Part shown: positions 1 through 9,787 of the stretch, in pieces
Layout: every line of letters starts with the position of its first letter
How positions within the stretch are numbered: position 1 is the stretch's first letter
DNA from: a virus
IMG/VR virus record: IMGVR_UViG_3300029210_000007
Coordinates: 4,261-68,260 of that record
DNA: 64,000 nucleotides
Strand: one strand, 5' to 3'
Program-made: the position numbers and the translations under genes
Notes under the pieces: generated by a model
The model's input: only the letters and a program-made list of their open reading frames with translations
Told to the model about the DNA's origin: nothing
Databases searched by the model: none

Positions 1-129
1 ACTGGTGAAATGTGGCAATTTAAAGGCATAAAGGGCTACGAACTAGCTGAAAAGGTCACAATGACAATGAACGATAACGGAACTAATAATATTACAGACG
101 ATATTATTGTATCTGTAAAGGCAAATTAA
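1..129 (+). CDS. hypothetical protein, 3' end (partial; start outside window)
   Basis: open frame from window edge to TAA 127-129. Confidence 0.35.
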   Translation, partial: TGEMWQFKGIKGYELAEKVTMTMNDNGTNNITDDIIVSVKAN

Positions 130-141
130 GGAGGGAATATT

Positions 142-423
142 ATGAAAAGAATAATTAATGGAAAAATGTACAACACTGAAACAGCGAAATTAATAGCTAA
201 AGGAGAATCAACAACTGACCATTCAGACTTTGGTTATTATTGTAAACAAATACATAAAAAGAAAACAGGGGAATACTTCTTGTATGAATATGGTTTTGTT
301 TATGCTTGTGGTTATACTTGGGAAGAAAAAATTATTCCACTAGAAGTAAAGCAGGCTAAGGAACTTTTAGCAGAAATGGGTGAAGTAGATGCCTATAGTG
401 ATGAATTTGGTGTAGAAGAATAG
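142..423 (+). CDS. hypothetical early protein
   Basis: ATG with GGAGGG RBS 8 nt upstream; 93 aa. Confidence 0.65.
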   Translation: MKRIINGKMYNTETAKLIAKGESTTDHSDFGYYCKQIHKKKTGEYFLYEYGFVYACGYTWEEKIIPLEVKQAKELLAEMGEVDAYSDEFGVEE

Positions 424-437
424 AGGAGGTAACGACA

Positions 438-704
438 ATGAAACATTTATACATAAATAAAAAAGAGAAATTAATTTTAGCAATCATTTTTATGGTTGCT
501 TTTTTATTGCCTTATGGCGTTGGCACAAGAATAACATTTATGATAATAGCACTATTAATATTAAGTGCTGTAAAGATTGCAATAGATGTATACAAATCTA
601 TTATACATTCTCAAAAGCATTTTGAAACAATGCAACGCAAAAGAGAAGCTGCGAACAGAGAAAAGATAATCGAAACTTGTAATTACATATACAATAACTT
701 ATAA
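438..704 (+). CDS. small membrane protein (2 predicted TM helices)
   Basis: GAGGAGG RBS; hydrophobic stretches LILAIIFMVAFLL / FMIIALLILSAV. Confidence 0.65.
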   Translation: MKHLYINKKEKLILAIIFMVAFLLPYGVGTRITFMIIALLILSAVKIAIDVYKSIIHSQKHFETMQRKREAANREKIIETCNYIYNNL

Positions 705-727
705 AAATAAAATCTGGAGGTAATAAT

Positions 728-1000
728 ATGAAAATAAAAAGAGAATTAAAACAGTTAGCTAACAAACTAAACGGTGAAGTATATTTCACTACAGATCCAC
801 CTGTATTTGACAATGGTGATGATTGTTATTGGGGTTATAAATACTTCATTGTATGGGTAGGTACAAGAAATATTTTATACGGAACTAAAAGTCAAAATGA
901 AATGATTGACTTATTAAGCGAAATCATCGGTGAACAAAATGGTGAAGTTGGAATTGGGTCTAGTTATAGTTTTCATATGTTTGAAACTGCGACAGCCTAA
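728..1000 (+). CDS. hypothetical protein
   Basis: GGAGGT RBS; 90 aa. Confidence 0.65.
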   Translation: MKIKRELKQLANKLNGEVYFTTDPPVFDNGDDCYWGYKYFIVWVGTRNILYGTKSQNEMIDLLSEIIGEQNGEVGIGSSYSFHMFETATA

Positions 1001-1033
1001 GGAAAACAACATTTTAAAGTGAGAGGTGATAAT

Positions 1034-1309
1034 ATGAAAAAATATGTAGTAATTTGTTATGCGGTTCACGAAAAGGAAATTGCAAGCCATGATATATTCG
1101 ATAATGAGGATGATGCTTATACATTTCTCAAAAAGGATGCACAAAACACTTATGAAGAAGAAGTGAATAATGCAGATGACGGAGATAAAGATTTAATTGA
1201 TTTAACAATTAGTGATGACGGTACAGCATATCTTTCATCATATAATGGAGAATATGAATGGACTTGGGAAGTTGTCGAAGTAAAATGGGGGTTATATTAT
1301 GCAGATTAA
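1034..1309 (+). CDS. acidic hypothetical protein
   Basis: GAGAGGTGA RBS before ATG 1034; Asp/Glu-rich. Confidence 0.6.
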   Translation: MKKYVVICYAVHEKEIASHDIFDNEDDAYTFLKKDAQNTYEEEVNNADDGDKDLIDLTISDDGTAYLSSYNGEYEWTWEVVEVKWGLYYAD

Positions 1310-1358
1310 AAATTAACTGATTAAATGCGTGTTTCCTATGGATTGGAGGTAAGAGAAA

Positions 1359-1679
1359 GTGGACAAAATTGCTTTATCTGATTATCAGAGAAGTATAATT
1401 AAACGCAAAAGAAAAGAAGTTGGAATAAGAACCGATGATTTGTCGAAAGAAATGGGCAAAGCTGGTAATTATATTTCCCAAATCGAACGCGGGAAAATCA
1501 AAAAAGTGCAAAAAGAAACACTTGAAACTATTATGCAGAAAATTAACTGCACTTATGATGATTTGGAAACAGAAAATGTTGACGAAGACGATGTTTATAC
1601 AGAATTTGAGATGTTAAGAAAAGAGAATGAGATGCTGAAAGAAAAGTTATGGTTGATAAAGGGAATTGTCAATATATAG
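1359..1679 (+). CDS. XRE-family helix-turn-helix transcriptional regulator
   Basis: GTG start after GGAGGT; HTH_3-like motif LSKEMGKAGNYISQIERGKIKKVQKETLETI. Confidence 0.75.
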   Translation: MDKIALSDYQRSIIKRKRKEVGIRTDDLSKEMGKAGNYISQIERGKIKKVQKETLETIMQKINCTYDDLETENVDEDDVYTEFEMLRKENEMLKEKLWLIKGIVNI

Positions 1680-1720
1680 CTTTGAAATTCGCATTTCTTT
1701 AGAAAATTGGAGGAAAAATT

Positions 1721-2080
1721 ATGTTGATTGATAAAGTAATTGAAATGATGCTTGGTGAAGATGCAGAAATGATAGCTGATTTTTTAGGTTATAAACCAGA
1801 TGATGAGGTTTTAAATAATAATCAGTTACTTGAAGAGGAACTTGAAATTGTAGCAAGACAAATGCCAGATGATATTTTGATAAAATTCTATGAAAAAAGC
1901 CAAGAAAAATCAAGAAGAGAATCAGAAAAGAATTATTGTTTGCAAGCAATAGAAAATCTTCTAACTGATATGGAAGATTACAAAAGTAAATTGCAGTATA
2001 AAGATAAAATGGAAAGTATTATTGAAGTAATTGATACTGCAATTACGAACATTGAAGCATTAAAATCTGATATGGAATAG
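1721..2080 (+). CDS. hypothetical protein
   Basis: GGAGGA RBS; 119 aa. Confidence 0.6.
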   Translation: MLIDKVIEMMLGEDAEMIADFLGYKPDDEVLNNNQLLEEELEIVARQMPDDILIKFYEKSQEKSRRESEKNYCLQAIENLLTDMEDYKSKLQYKDKMESIIEVIDTAITNIEALKSDME

Positions 2081-2122
2081 ACTTTGAAACTAAGATTTCT
2101 TAATATAATTGGAGGTAATTAA

Positions 2123-2365
2123 ATGAAATTAATAGCTAAAACACAAAAGGGAATGGAATACAGGCATTCAATAAAGAATGCCTTTTTTGTTCCTAATTCA
2201 AGTGCAAATAAGATTTGCAAATTAATGAATGATGTAAAGTTTAGATTAAACCGCGAAAACGAGCTATGGTATATATACGACTATGATTGGGCACAAGAAG
2301 ATTATGTAACACATAGATTGAGTATATATAAAGGCGTTGTAAAATTAAAGGCAATAAGAAATTAA
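2123..2365 (+). CDS. hypothetical protein
   Basis: GGAGGT RBS; 80 aa. Confidence 0.6.
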   Translation: MKLIAKTQKGMEYRHSIKNAFFVPNSSANKICKLMNDVKFRLNRENELWYIYDYDWAQEDYVTHRLSIYKGVVKLKAIRN

Positions 2366-2389
2366 ACTAAATAAATTGGAGGTATATCA

Positions 2390-2608
2390 ATGAAAGCAAA
2401 AGTACGATTAAATTATTCAATAGAATTAGTTGTTGAAGCAGATAATTTAGAACAGTTGCAAGACTGGGTAAACGGAACTACACCAGATGAAGCAAGAGAA
2501 ATGGCAGAAAAGAATAATAGAATAATTGATGAGAATTATTCAGAAGAAATTCTTCATCGTGTAAGAGATGATGTTTTCCCAGATATTTCAATGAAGGAGC
2601 GAAGATAA
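2390..2608 (+). CDS. hypothetical protein
   Basis: GGAGGT RBS; 72 aa. Confidence 0.6.
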   Translation: MKAKVRLNYSIELVVEADNLEQLQDWVNGTTPDEAREMAEKNNRIIDENYSEEILHRVRDDVFPDISMKERR

Positions 2609-2821
2609 ATGATTGTGTGTGAAACTTGTTTAAACTCAATCGAAAACCACGAAGGAGAACAGTATTCAAGGCAGCTAAGTTCATATGATGATGCTGATAA
2701 AATCGTGTATGGAGATTACGACACAGAAGGTAATTTTATTGAAGACGAGTCGGGTGAAGAATATGTTTGTTGTGAATGGTGCAATGAATATGTTTCACCC
2801 GATGAAGCATATGAAATTTAG
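2609..2821 (+). CDS. acidic Cys-rich (CxxC...CxxC) zinc-ribbon protein
   Basis: start overlaps upstream stop; CETC...CCEWC. Confidence 0.55.
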   Translation: MIVCETCLNSIENHEGEQYSRQLSSYDDADKIVYGDYDTEGNFIEDESGEEYVCCEWCNEYVSPDEAYEI

Positions 2822-2896
2822 TAATTAAACACAAAGGCAGTTAGGAGAATAAATACCTAGCTGCCTATTTTATTGGAAGAAAGTGAGGAACGAATT

Positions 2897-3166
2897 ATGA
2901 AAAAATCTATAAAGAATTTTGATTTGCCAGTTGTGAATGGAAGAGGTAAATCATTTTATGGAAAAGCAATGGTAACTGAATTTGACAACGGAGATATTGA
3001 ACTTACAAGTTATAACACAATTGTTTGTAGAATTCATAAAGGCAAATTTCAGAAATTATGGAATGGATATTCAGCGACAACAATGAGACATATAAATTCT
3101 TTTCTTGATTTTTACGGAATTGAAGGTGGAGGAAAGACATGGTGGAATAATTTAAAAGCAGTATAA
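2897..3166 (+). CDS. hypothetical protein
   Basis: GAAAGTGAGGA RBS before ATG 2897 (track ORF starts 2873). Confidence 0.55.
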   Translation: MKKSIKNFDLPVVNGRGKSFYGKAMVTEFDNGDIELTSYNTIVCRIHKGKFQKLWNGYSATTMRHINSFLDFYGIEGGGKTWWNNLKAV

Positions 3167-3177
3167 GGGGAATGATT

Positions 3178-3849
3178 ATGAGTAAAAAATATGATATAAC
3201 AACAACCGATTTATCACGATTTGGATACAGAGAACTTGCAATGCTTGAAGAATTATTAAAAGCAATGCGTGAGCAAGGTTTACCCGATGACTTCTATGGT
3301 GACGAAGTAGTGCCGATGATGAATTTTTATAGTGGAAATGTGTTTCTTGTTAATTCTGATTATCAAGTAGCTATGATGAACGGAGATAAATTAGAAAATT
3401 TTTATTCACTTGGCTATCATGGAAACGAGGGATTTTTGGATGAACTTCTTGAACAATATAAAAACGGAGAAGTTATGGATGAAGATATTGAAGAACTTGC
3501 AAACATTTGTAAACAAAAGGGACTTAATGATGAAGCAGAAAAAATTATGACAAAGGCAAATATAGAGGAGGAACAAATGATGAGTAAATACAAATTATAT
3601 ACAGCACATTCAGCTGGCATAAAATATGATGGAGACAAAAAATATAAAATGGTAATTATCACAAAATGGAAAGACACAAAAGAAGATTCGCCAGAAGAAG
3701 GACATAAAGCATATTATTTTACGCCTGATAACAAGTATTTAAGTGAATGTATTGAGGATGAAGATTGGTGTAGAAGGATTTACGAATCATATCCAGAAAA
3801 TATGAGATTTAGAATTGAAAGGAAGGTTGAGTGCTATGCTGAAAATTGA
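3178..3849 (+). CDS. hypothetical protein
   Basis: AAGGGGA RBS; about 223 aa. Confidence 0.6.
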   Translation: MSKKYDITTTDLSRFGYRELAMLEELLKAMREQGLPDDFYGDEVVPMMNFYSGNVFLVNSDYQVAMMNGDKLENFYSLGYHGNEGFLDELLEQYKNGEVMDEDIEELANICKQKGLNDEAEKIMTKANIEEEQMMSKYKLYTAHSAGIKYDGDKKYKMVIITKWKDTKEDSPEEGHKAYYFTPDNKYLSECIEDEDWCRRIYESYPENMRFRIERKVECYAEN

Positions 3850-4027
3850 TATGTGGTATGGAGATAAACATACGGAAGCAGATCGAATTGATATATCGTT
3901 TTATGATTGCGACTGTATTTATAGAGGCAATATTTATAAAAATGGAAAATGTATCGGAGATTATAGTTGTAATAATTCAGTTGAACTTGAAAAAGCATTC
4001 CCACAATTAACTTTTAATTGGGATTGA
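3836..4027 (+). CDS. hypothetical small protein
   Basis: overlaps end of upstream gene; start ambiguous. Confidence 0.35.
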   Translation: MLKIDMWYGDKHTEADRIDISFYDCDCIYRGNIYKNGKCIGDYSCNNSVELEKAFPQLTFNWD

Positions 4028-4119
4028 AATTGTAATTTCTTGGCAAAATAATTACAAGATATAGTGGTACATAAAACAAGTAAATACAATATATAGTATA
4101 AGAAAAGGAGACTAAAATT

Positions 4120-4632
4120 ATGAAGGTAAACGAAATTAGAAAAATAGAAACAATTGAGAAACTTGTAAGAACAGAGTACATTGCAGAGGATGGAACTGTA
4201 TTTAGTAACGAAGAAGAATGTAAAAAATATGAAGAATCAGCACTGTTTGCAGTAAGCAAAGAGTTAAAAAGAATGGGAAATAAAAACTATATTTTACATG
4301 CTAATATAAACGATAACTGTAGTGAAGATGAAAGAGTTGAAATATTTGATATTCAAACAGAAAGAGATTTAGAAAATCTTAGAAGATATTTATATCTTGT
4401 CTTAAAGAAAAATGGAGTAAGTGATGCTACAGTAGATGATTGTTTTAAATCTGAAAATGGAGACCGTAAAAGTTTTGTATTTGAGGGTGTGACAATTGGA
4501 CATGAGGTAATGATTTTTTGGAATGATGATAACGATTGGTTTTGGGTTTATAATGACGGAAGTATTCACGGATATTGTGAATTTTCAGAGATAAGATTAC
4601 AAAGCTTATTACACCAAAGGAGGATAATGTAG
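4120..4632 (+). CDS. hypothetical protein
   Basis: AAAAGGAG RBS; preceded by ATATATAGTATAAGAAAAGGAG promoter-like motif. Confidence 0.65.
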   Translation: MKVNEIRKIETIEKLVRTEYIAEDGTVFSNEEECKKYEESALFAVSKELKRMGNKNYILHANINDNCSEDERVEIFDIQTERDLENLRRYLYLVLKKNGVSDATVDDCFKSENGDRKSFVFEGVTIGHEVMIFWNDDNDWFWVYNDGSIHGYCEFSEIRLQSLLHQRRIM

Positions 4633-4788
4633 ATGCTTAATATTACATTCAGATATAGAGATGCAATGAGTAATTGGGAGTGGAGAATACAAAGCTGTAC
4701 AGTATCATCTATTGAAGAATGTAAGCGAATTTACGGACTTGATAATGGTGATGTTGAGTATGAAATGTTAGAAGTTAAGGAAGTTTAA
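4633..4788 (+). CDS. small hypothetical protein (51 aa)
   Basis: ATG abutting upstream stop with AAGGAGGATAATG; below 60-aa track cutoff. Confidence 0.5.
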   Translation: MLNITFRYRDAMSNWEWRIQSCTVSSIEECKRIYGLDNGDVEYEMLEVKEV

Positions 4789-4802
4789 TACAGAGAATAA
4801 TA

Positions 4803-4842
4803 AGGCAGACGCAAATATATGTGTCTGTCTTATTTATTAGGA
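4803..4842 (+). terminator. rho-independent terminator (imperfect stem + T-tract)
   Basis: AGGCAGACGC-loop-GTGTCTGTCT followed by TATTTATT. Confidence 0.5.
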
Positions 4843-4855
4843 AGGAGAATGCGAA

Positions 4856-5314
4856 ATGAACAAATATGAATATATTTGTGGAACAGCAGCACGATTTAGA
4901 AAGAAATTTCCAAATTTATATGAACGAAAAGAAAAGAAGCCTGTGTTCGTTAATTCAAGCTTATTAGACAAGATTGAAGATATTCCAGATGCAATCAAGG
5001 CAGAACTAATAGGTAAATCAAGAATATCAAGAATGAACAGAGAAGATTTTATAATCAATGCAGAGGATGAAAACGGATATAAATATTATCTTGATATTGA
5101 TTGTAGCTGCTATGACTTCTACAAAAATGACAAGTTAGTTTATTCAGTATTACATGTAGATGGTGCAAGATGGCGTATTTATAAGGCAAATATCTATGGA
5201 TATTATAACGATAATGATTTGCCAGTAAAATCAGGTGAGTTGAATTGGAGTAAGAACTTAAATTTTAAGCTAAACAGAATTGACATTAGTGCTTATGAAA
5301 GAGAGGTTGGTTGA
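4856..5314 (+). CDS. hypothetical protein
   Basis: GGAAGGAG RBS; 152 aa. Confidence 0.65.
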   Translation: MNKYEYICGTAARFRKKFPNLYERKEKKPVFVNSSLLDKIEDIPDAIKAELIGKSRISRMNREDFIINAEDENGYKYYLDIDCSCYDFYKNDKLVYSVLHVDGARWRIYKANIYGYYNDNDLPVKSGELNWSKNLNFKLNRIDISAYEREVG

Positions 5315-5315
5315 T

Positions 5316-6401
5316 ATGTTAGAAATTAAAAGTTATTTAGGATTTACAGACAACATAAAAGAACCACAAAAGACAAAAGTGGAAAATACACTAGATCACT
5401 TATATAGATACAATGGAAAAATAATGAGTGCAGTAAATTTCTTATGCACAAAAATACTAGAAGGTGGTTATCTTAAAGTAGAAAAGAATTACACAACACT
5501 TAAAAGAAATGGAGAACGCACGAAACCGAAAACGCTATATATGTTTTTTGACAAAGATACGAAAACATATACAGAATTAAAGAAAACAGAATATGATTTT
5601 GTGCAATATCTCCTCGACAATAAGATTGACACAGAAGAAAAAATACTTGCTAGAAGTAAGGCTGATATTGAAAAGATGGAAACTGATAAAAGAGCAAAGG
5701 AAGAAGAAAGAAAAAGACAGTTAAAAGAAAAAGAGGAGGAAGACAAATTTAAAGAATGGATGTTTACCGAAACTACCAATCTCCCTGATTTTCAGATTGA
5801 GATAATTAATTCAATTTTTCTTTCATTATATGGAAAGGAAGATTCTTGGAATTATACTCTTGCAGTTTGCATTAATAACTATGATAAACCAAGGTGCAAA
5901 GATGAAGTGAAATCAAGATTGCACAACGATAACAAGGCAAGTATTAAGATATTTGAATGTCTTACAGGCTTAAAGTTACCAAAGGGATATAAAGATAGAA
6001 TAGCATATCTTGATAGTATTACAAGTGCAGATTTTAAAGAAGCTGTTGGTTATAAAATACATAATAAATCAGAAAAAAGAGGGATAGAAAAAGAGGTGCA
6101 GAAAGAGGAATTCTATATATTGTTAAGAAATTTTACATGGCAGAAAGTGCTTGCAGAACCTGTTGAAAAATATGGAATTAAAATGTTTTTGTTTTGTGAT
6201 TGTGATACATGGAAATTATCTCATGAAGAGACAGGATTGAATATTACATCAGGAAAAAACAAAACAGAATGTATGCAGAAATTAAAAGAATGTATTAATA
6301 AAAACGGTAAAGATAAATTTAATGAACTTATTGAAAATAGAAAAAAAGGAGTTTTTGAAAAAGCAGGAGTAAATCCAAAGTTAGCTAGTAAGGTGGCATA
6401 A
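5316..6401 (+). CDS. hypothetical protein (Lys/Glu-rich central coiled region)
   Basis: GAGAGGTTGG RBS before ATG 5316, in frame with track ORF 5280. Confidence 0.6.
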   Translation: MLEIKSYLGFTDNIKEPQKTKVENTLDHLYRYNGKIMSAVNFLCTKILEGGYLKVEKNYTTLKRNGERTKPKTLYMFFDKDTKTYTELKKTEYDFVQYLLDNKIDTEEKILARSKADIEKMETDKRAKEEERKRQLKEKEEEDKFKEWMFTETTNLPDFQIEIINSIFLSLYGKEDSWNYTLAVCINNYDKPRCKDEVKSRLHNDNKASIKIFECLTGLKLPKGYKDRIAYLDSITSADFKEAVGYKIHNKSEKRGIEKEVQKEEFYILLRNFTWQKVLAEPVEKYGIKMFLFCDCDTWKLSHEETGLNITSGKNKTECMQKLKECINKNGKDKFNELIENRKKGVFEKAGVNPKLASKVA

Positions 6402-6482
6402 ATCATCTTACCTTTAGAAAAAGAATATACTACATAAAATCAGTTGAAAGAACTGTTTATTTAGAAAGTGAGGTAACGAATT

Positions 6483-6656
6483 ATGATGACAGAAGAGAGA
6501 TTTAAAGAGACAAATTATAAAATGTCTTACGAGGAATATAAGAAATGTTATTGCCACAGATGTATGAAGGAAGATTGTATTCATAGAAATACCTATAGAA
6601 GATTACCAGAAATTGACGGAGGACTTGGTTTGTGTCCTAATCTGAAGGGAGAGTGA
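6483..6656 (+). CDS. small Cys-rich protein (57 aa)
   Basis: GAAAGTGAGGT RBS; CHRC...C...C; not in ORF track (<60 aa). Confidence 0.45.
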   Translation: MMTEERFKETNYKMSYEEYKKCYCHRCMKEDCIHRNTYRRLPEIDGGLGLCPNLKGE

Positions 6657-6661
6657 TTTAA

Positions 6662-6898
6662 ATGAAATATTACGGAAAAATAAATTGTACGATAGACAAA
6701 AATCATCCAGATGTTAAATATGTTAAAGATTGGACAGAGAATAAGGTATTGAGCTTTGATGATACATATACATTTAATGATGATTACACAGAAGAGGATT
6801 GTATTAATTATATCAAGCGAGATTTAAAGCTAGTTGCTGGTGGTGGATATAATTCAAAGCATATTCACAATGTTACATTTGAAATTGTGGAGGTGTAA
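6662..6898 (+). CDS. hypothetical protein
   Basis: GGGAGAGTGA RBS; 78 aa. Confidence 0.6.
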   Translation: MKYYGKINCTIDKNHPDVKYVKDWTENKVLSFDDTYTFNDDYTEEDCINYIKRDLKLVAGGGYNSKHIHNVTFEIVEV

Positions 6899-6900
6899 GT

Positions 6901-7233
6901 ATGAACGCAGTAAGAGAAAGAATATTAAGAGAAGTTGCGTATTTTGGATATAAAGGTTTTGAAAAACATAAAGATTTAATCGCATTTTGTGTAAGTGATG
7001 AATGTTTTTGTTACAATCCAGATACGGATAAAGAAGAAGAAAGCGATTTCTGTGAAATCATTGTAATTGTTGAAAGAGATTGGTTATTCAATCTTATTAA
7101 AAAAGAAAACGGCTTTAAGTCTAATAAAGAAGCAAGAAGATTTTTACAGGAGGAATATACCAGTGAAGATAGTAAAGAATGGTATGACCTTGCGTTATTA
7201 GAAAACAAAATTGTTATGGTTAGTTTTAACTGA
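6901..7233 (+). CDS. hypothetical protein
   Basis: translationally coupled to upstream gene; 110 aa. Confidence 0.6.
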   Translation: MNAVRERILREVAYFGYKGFEKHKDLIAFCVSDECFCYNPDTDKEEESDFCEIIVIVERDWLFNLIKKENGFKSNKEARRFLQEEYTSEDSKEWYDLALLENKIVMVSFN

Positions 7234-7250
7234 AAAAAGGAGGCATAATT

Positions 7251-7523
7251 ATGAGTTTAACTATATCTGAACAGCAAGAAAAATTTTTAAATCGGAGCTT
7301 TAATGGGACAGAATGGTGTCCAGAATGTGAGATGGAAACCGACTTTAAATTCAATCCAATGAGAGATGAATCTATAGTATGTTCTCATTGCCATACAGAA
7401 ATATTGCCTTGTTCACTATGTGATGATGACAGTAAGTGCCGTGATAGTTGTAAAGACAGAATCAAAGCATCATTGCTACGTTTTAATAATATGTGGGACA
7501 ACAAGGTAAACAGAAAGTATTAA
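7251..7523 (+). CDS. zinc-ribbon protein (CPEC...CSHC...CSLC)
   Basis: AAAGGAGG RBS; multiple CxxC pairs. Confidence 0.6.
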   Translation: MSLTISEQQEKFLNRSFNGTEWCPECEMETDFKFNPMRDESIVCSHCHTEILPCSLCDDDSKCRDSCKDRIKASLLRFNNMWDNKVNRKY

Positions 7524-7535
7524 GGAGGAATAAAT

Positions 7536-7874
7536 ATGAATTTTGAAAATTTATTAGATCAGTTAAAGAAGACAACATTTGAAAAAATTATGGAAAAATA
7601 TAATAAAGAATCTCGTAAAGAAGATATTCCAGTAGAATGTATAGATAATGTAGTTTTTGAAGATGATGATCTATATGAATTCCTGAAAGAAATTGGAGCA
7701 GAAATATATGATTATGGAGTGGGCTACGTAATAATCACAACAAATGAAGGCAAGTATTATGAATTGCCATATGCAGAAAGAGAAAATCGTTTTGATGATG
7801 AGTTGCCAAATGAAACAGTTTTATTTTTTGATGTAAATAAAATTTACGATGTAACTGAAAGTTATGTGGATTGA
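7536..7874 (+). CDS. hypothetical protein; domain paralogous to 9788..10621
   Basis: TAAGGAGG RBS; shares IPVEC-DN-V-EDDDLYEFL-AEI-DY motif block with the later gene. Confidence 0.65.
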   Translation: MNFENLLDQLKKTTFEKIMEKYNKESRKEDIPVECIDNVVFEDDDLYEFLKEIGAEIYDYGVGYVIITTNEGKYYELPYAERENRFDDELPNETVLFFDVNKIYDVTESYVD

Positions 7875-7895
7875 AATTGAATTGGAGTGATAAAG

Positions 7896-8141
7896 ATGGT
7901 TGTAAATGGTACCTATACATCTGTATGGGCAGATGAAGGAGAAATTGAAACAAGTTGTAAAATAAATACAGAAACCCACGAAGTATTTGATATTGAAACA
8001 GTTGAACCTGCTGATTATGGAATGGATTGTGAAATTCTTGAAGATGAATATGTGGAATTTAGTGACGGTGAGAAACTCCATAGATTTCCAGTGTATGAAA
8101 AGGATGATATAGAAACCGATGAAGATTATTGGAGAAAGTAA
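7896..8141 (+). CDS. acidic hypothetical protein
   Basis: GGAGTGA RBS before ATG 7896. Confidence 0.55.
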   Translation: MVVNGTYTSVWADEGEIETSCKINTETHEVFDIETVEPADYGMDCEILEDEYVEFSDGEKLHRFPVYEKDDIETDEDYWRK

Positions 8142-8179
8142 AACATAAATTAGAAAGCGTTAAGAAAGGAAGATACGAT

Positions 8180-9136
8180 ATGCAATTAACAAAAGAACAG
8201 AAAAAACAAGAAAATCCATTACTTGACAACAGACAACTTAGAGATAAGTGTGTAGAAAGATACGAAGTATTAGACAAAGTAAAGAAGTTACTTCTTTTAC
8301 CTGATAACGAAACGGCAACTGTTAAACAAATTGCAAAATATTATTCTTCTATTAAAACCAATGAAGAAAAAGCTTTAGGGGAAGAAGATATTATAATTTC
8401 GGAAGAAACAATTCAAAAAATTTATCAAAGAAATAAAGATGAATTTGCAAATGATAGAGTTACAATTAAAAAGGCAAATGATTTTTTGAATTGGACAAAA
8501 TGTCCAAGTCAAAAAAGAGGCAGTATTAAAATGTTGTTTGATGATGGAGAAACTCTTATTTTACCTAATACTGGAGTTAAAGTGTTTCCAAGAAGGGCAA
8601 TTCTTAGAATAGGAATGCTTCTAACTGGGTCTGAAGTAAGTGCTGAAGTCAGAACACAACTTCTTAACATAGAAGAAAAGACTTCAACAGAAACTAAGAC
8701 AGAAGATATTGAAGAAGAACAGAAATTAATGCTTAGTGTCGGAAAAGCTGTAGCAAGTGGAGATGCAAATGCAGTTGCAGTAGCATCAGCAAATCTTATA
8801 GCATTCAAAAATAGACATATTGAAAAGTTAGAGAATGACAACAAAGCATTAGCTGGTGAAATTCTTACATGGTCTGACAGAAATAAATTAAATGCAGGTG
8901 TAAGACAGTTGTCCGCTGTGACAGGTGTTCAATTTGGAAATCTTTGGAATGAACTTTACAAAAATCTTCAGTATAAATATGGAATTTGTTTGAAACAGAG
9001 AGGCGAAAAGCCTTTTATTCAGTGGATTAACGAAAGTGAATGGAAAAGTGTTATTAAAACTTTCTGTGCAATATGTGAAGCGTATGGTCAGTCACCAACA
9101 AAAATGTTCCAACAGGTTACACCAAAAAGAAATTAA
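8180..9136 (+). CDS. putative phage regulatory protein (possible ORF6N/ORF6C- or antirepressor-like); function unverified
   Basis: AAGAAAGGAAG RBS before ATG 8180; largest ORF of early block; weak recollection of ORF6-type motifs only. Confidence 0.55.
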   Translation: MQLTKEQKKQENPLLDNRQLRDKCVERYEVLDKVKKLLLLPDNETATVKQIAKYYSSIKTNEEKALGEEDIIISEETIQKIYQRNKDEFANDRVTIKKANDFLNWTKCPSQKRGSIKMLFDDGETLILPNTGVKVFPRRAILRIGMLLTGSEVSAEVRTQLLNIEEKTSTETKTEDIEEEQKLMLSVGKAVASGDANAVAVASANLIAFKNRHIEKLENDNKALAGEILTWSDRNKLNAGVRQLSAVTGVQFGNLWNELYKNLQYKYGICLKQRGEKPFIQWINESEWKSVIKTFCAICEAYGQSPTKMFQQVTPKRN

Positions 9137-9254
9137 TTACATAATTCTACACTGTATATGTGTAGGACTTGTTCTATACTTCTCAAGTCAAAAGAAGTAA
9201 TTTTGGATTGAATGAAGAAATAGCAATTTCATTTTAAGATTGGAGGATAAAACA

Positions 9255-9542
9255 ATGGAAGAATTAAGAGCATACTTATTAGATCAGGATATATGGGAAA
9301 GGGAAATTGATGAACTTCTTGGAAATTTTAACGACAATGTAACAGAAGATGATTTACATATTATAGCAATATTCGATTCCGCTTATGACTTGGCAAGTAA
9401 TTATATTGATAACGTGATTGGAGAATTAGATCATCATATTGAAGCGGTTCTTGATTATACAGAACTTGGAAATCATATTGCAGAAAACGGAGATGAATAT
9501 GTAGTGTTAAGTTCTGGAAGAATCGTGGAATTTGAATTATAG
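9255..9542 (+). CDS. acidic hypothetical protein
   Basis: GGAGGA RBS before ATG 9255. Confidence 0.6.
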   Translation: MEELRAYLLDQDIWEREIDELLGNFNDNVTEDDLHIIAIFDSAYDLASNYIDNVIGELDHHIEAVLDYTELGNHIAENGDEYVVLSSGRIVEFEL

Positions 9543-9559
9543 AAAGGATAGTTGATTAT

Positions 9560-9781
9560 ATGAGATTGCATCTATTTTGGCTTGATAAGAATTGGAAGAA
9601 ACGTGGTGATTGTGCAAATAATTATCATCTCATTGTTGATATGGAAAATAAAACATATAAGGTATATACGAATGCTTTTTATGGATATTATCATCCAGAA
9701 GATATTGAGGTTAAAAAGAAATCGGATATTGAAGATTACATAGAGTATTTAAAGAGAAATGGATTTACAGAAATGGAGTGA
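9560..9781 (+). CDS. hypothetical protein
   Basis: GAAAGGA RBS; 73 aa. Confidence 0.6.
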   Translation: MRLHLFWLDKNWKKRGDCANNYHLIVDMENKTYKVYTNAFYGYYHPEDIEVKKKSDIEDYIEYLKRNGFTEME

Positions 9782-9787
9782 TGAATT

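Noticed and set aside
601-813. Minus-strand ORFs from the six-frame track nested inside + strand genes (for example 601..813, 914..1144, 3417..3677, 5489..5779, 8509..8844, 13335..13628, 17252..17620, 21113..21418, 47189..47701, 60837..61178)
   Set aside because: Low-complexity Ser/Leu/Phe-rich translations typical of antisense AT-rich DNA. No RBS. They lie entirely within better-supported + strand genes.
1435-1617. Alternative-frame + strand ORFs inside annotated genes (1435..1617, 23007..23201, 56739..56930, 61413..61619)
   Set aside because: Overlap better-supported frames, lack RBS, and have skewed Lys/Ile composition from frame-shifted AT-rich codons.
9147-9165. CTACAC-N7-GTGTAG inverted repeat in the 9137-9239 gap, considered as an operator
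   Set aside because: Only 6-bp arms and a single occurrence; too weak to call on its own.
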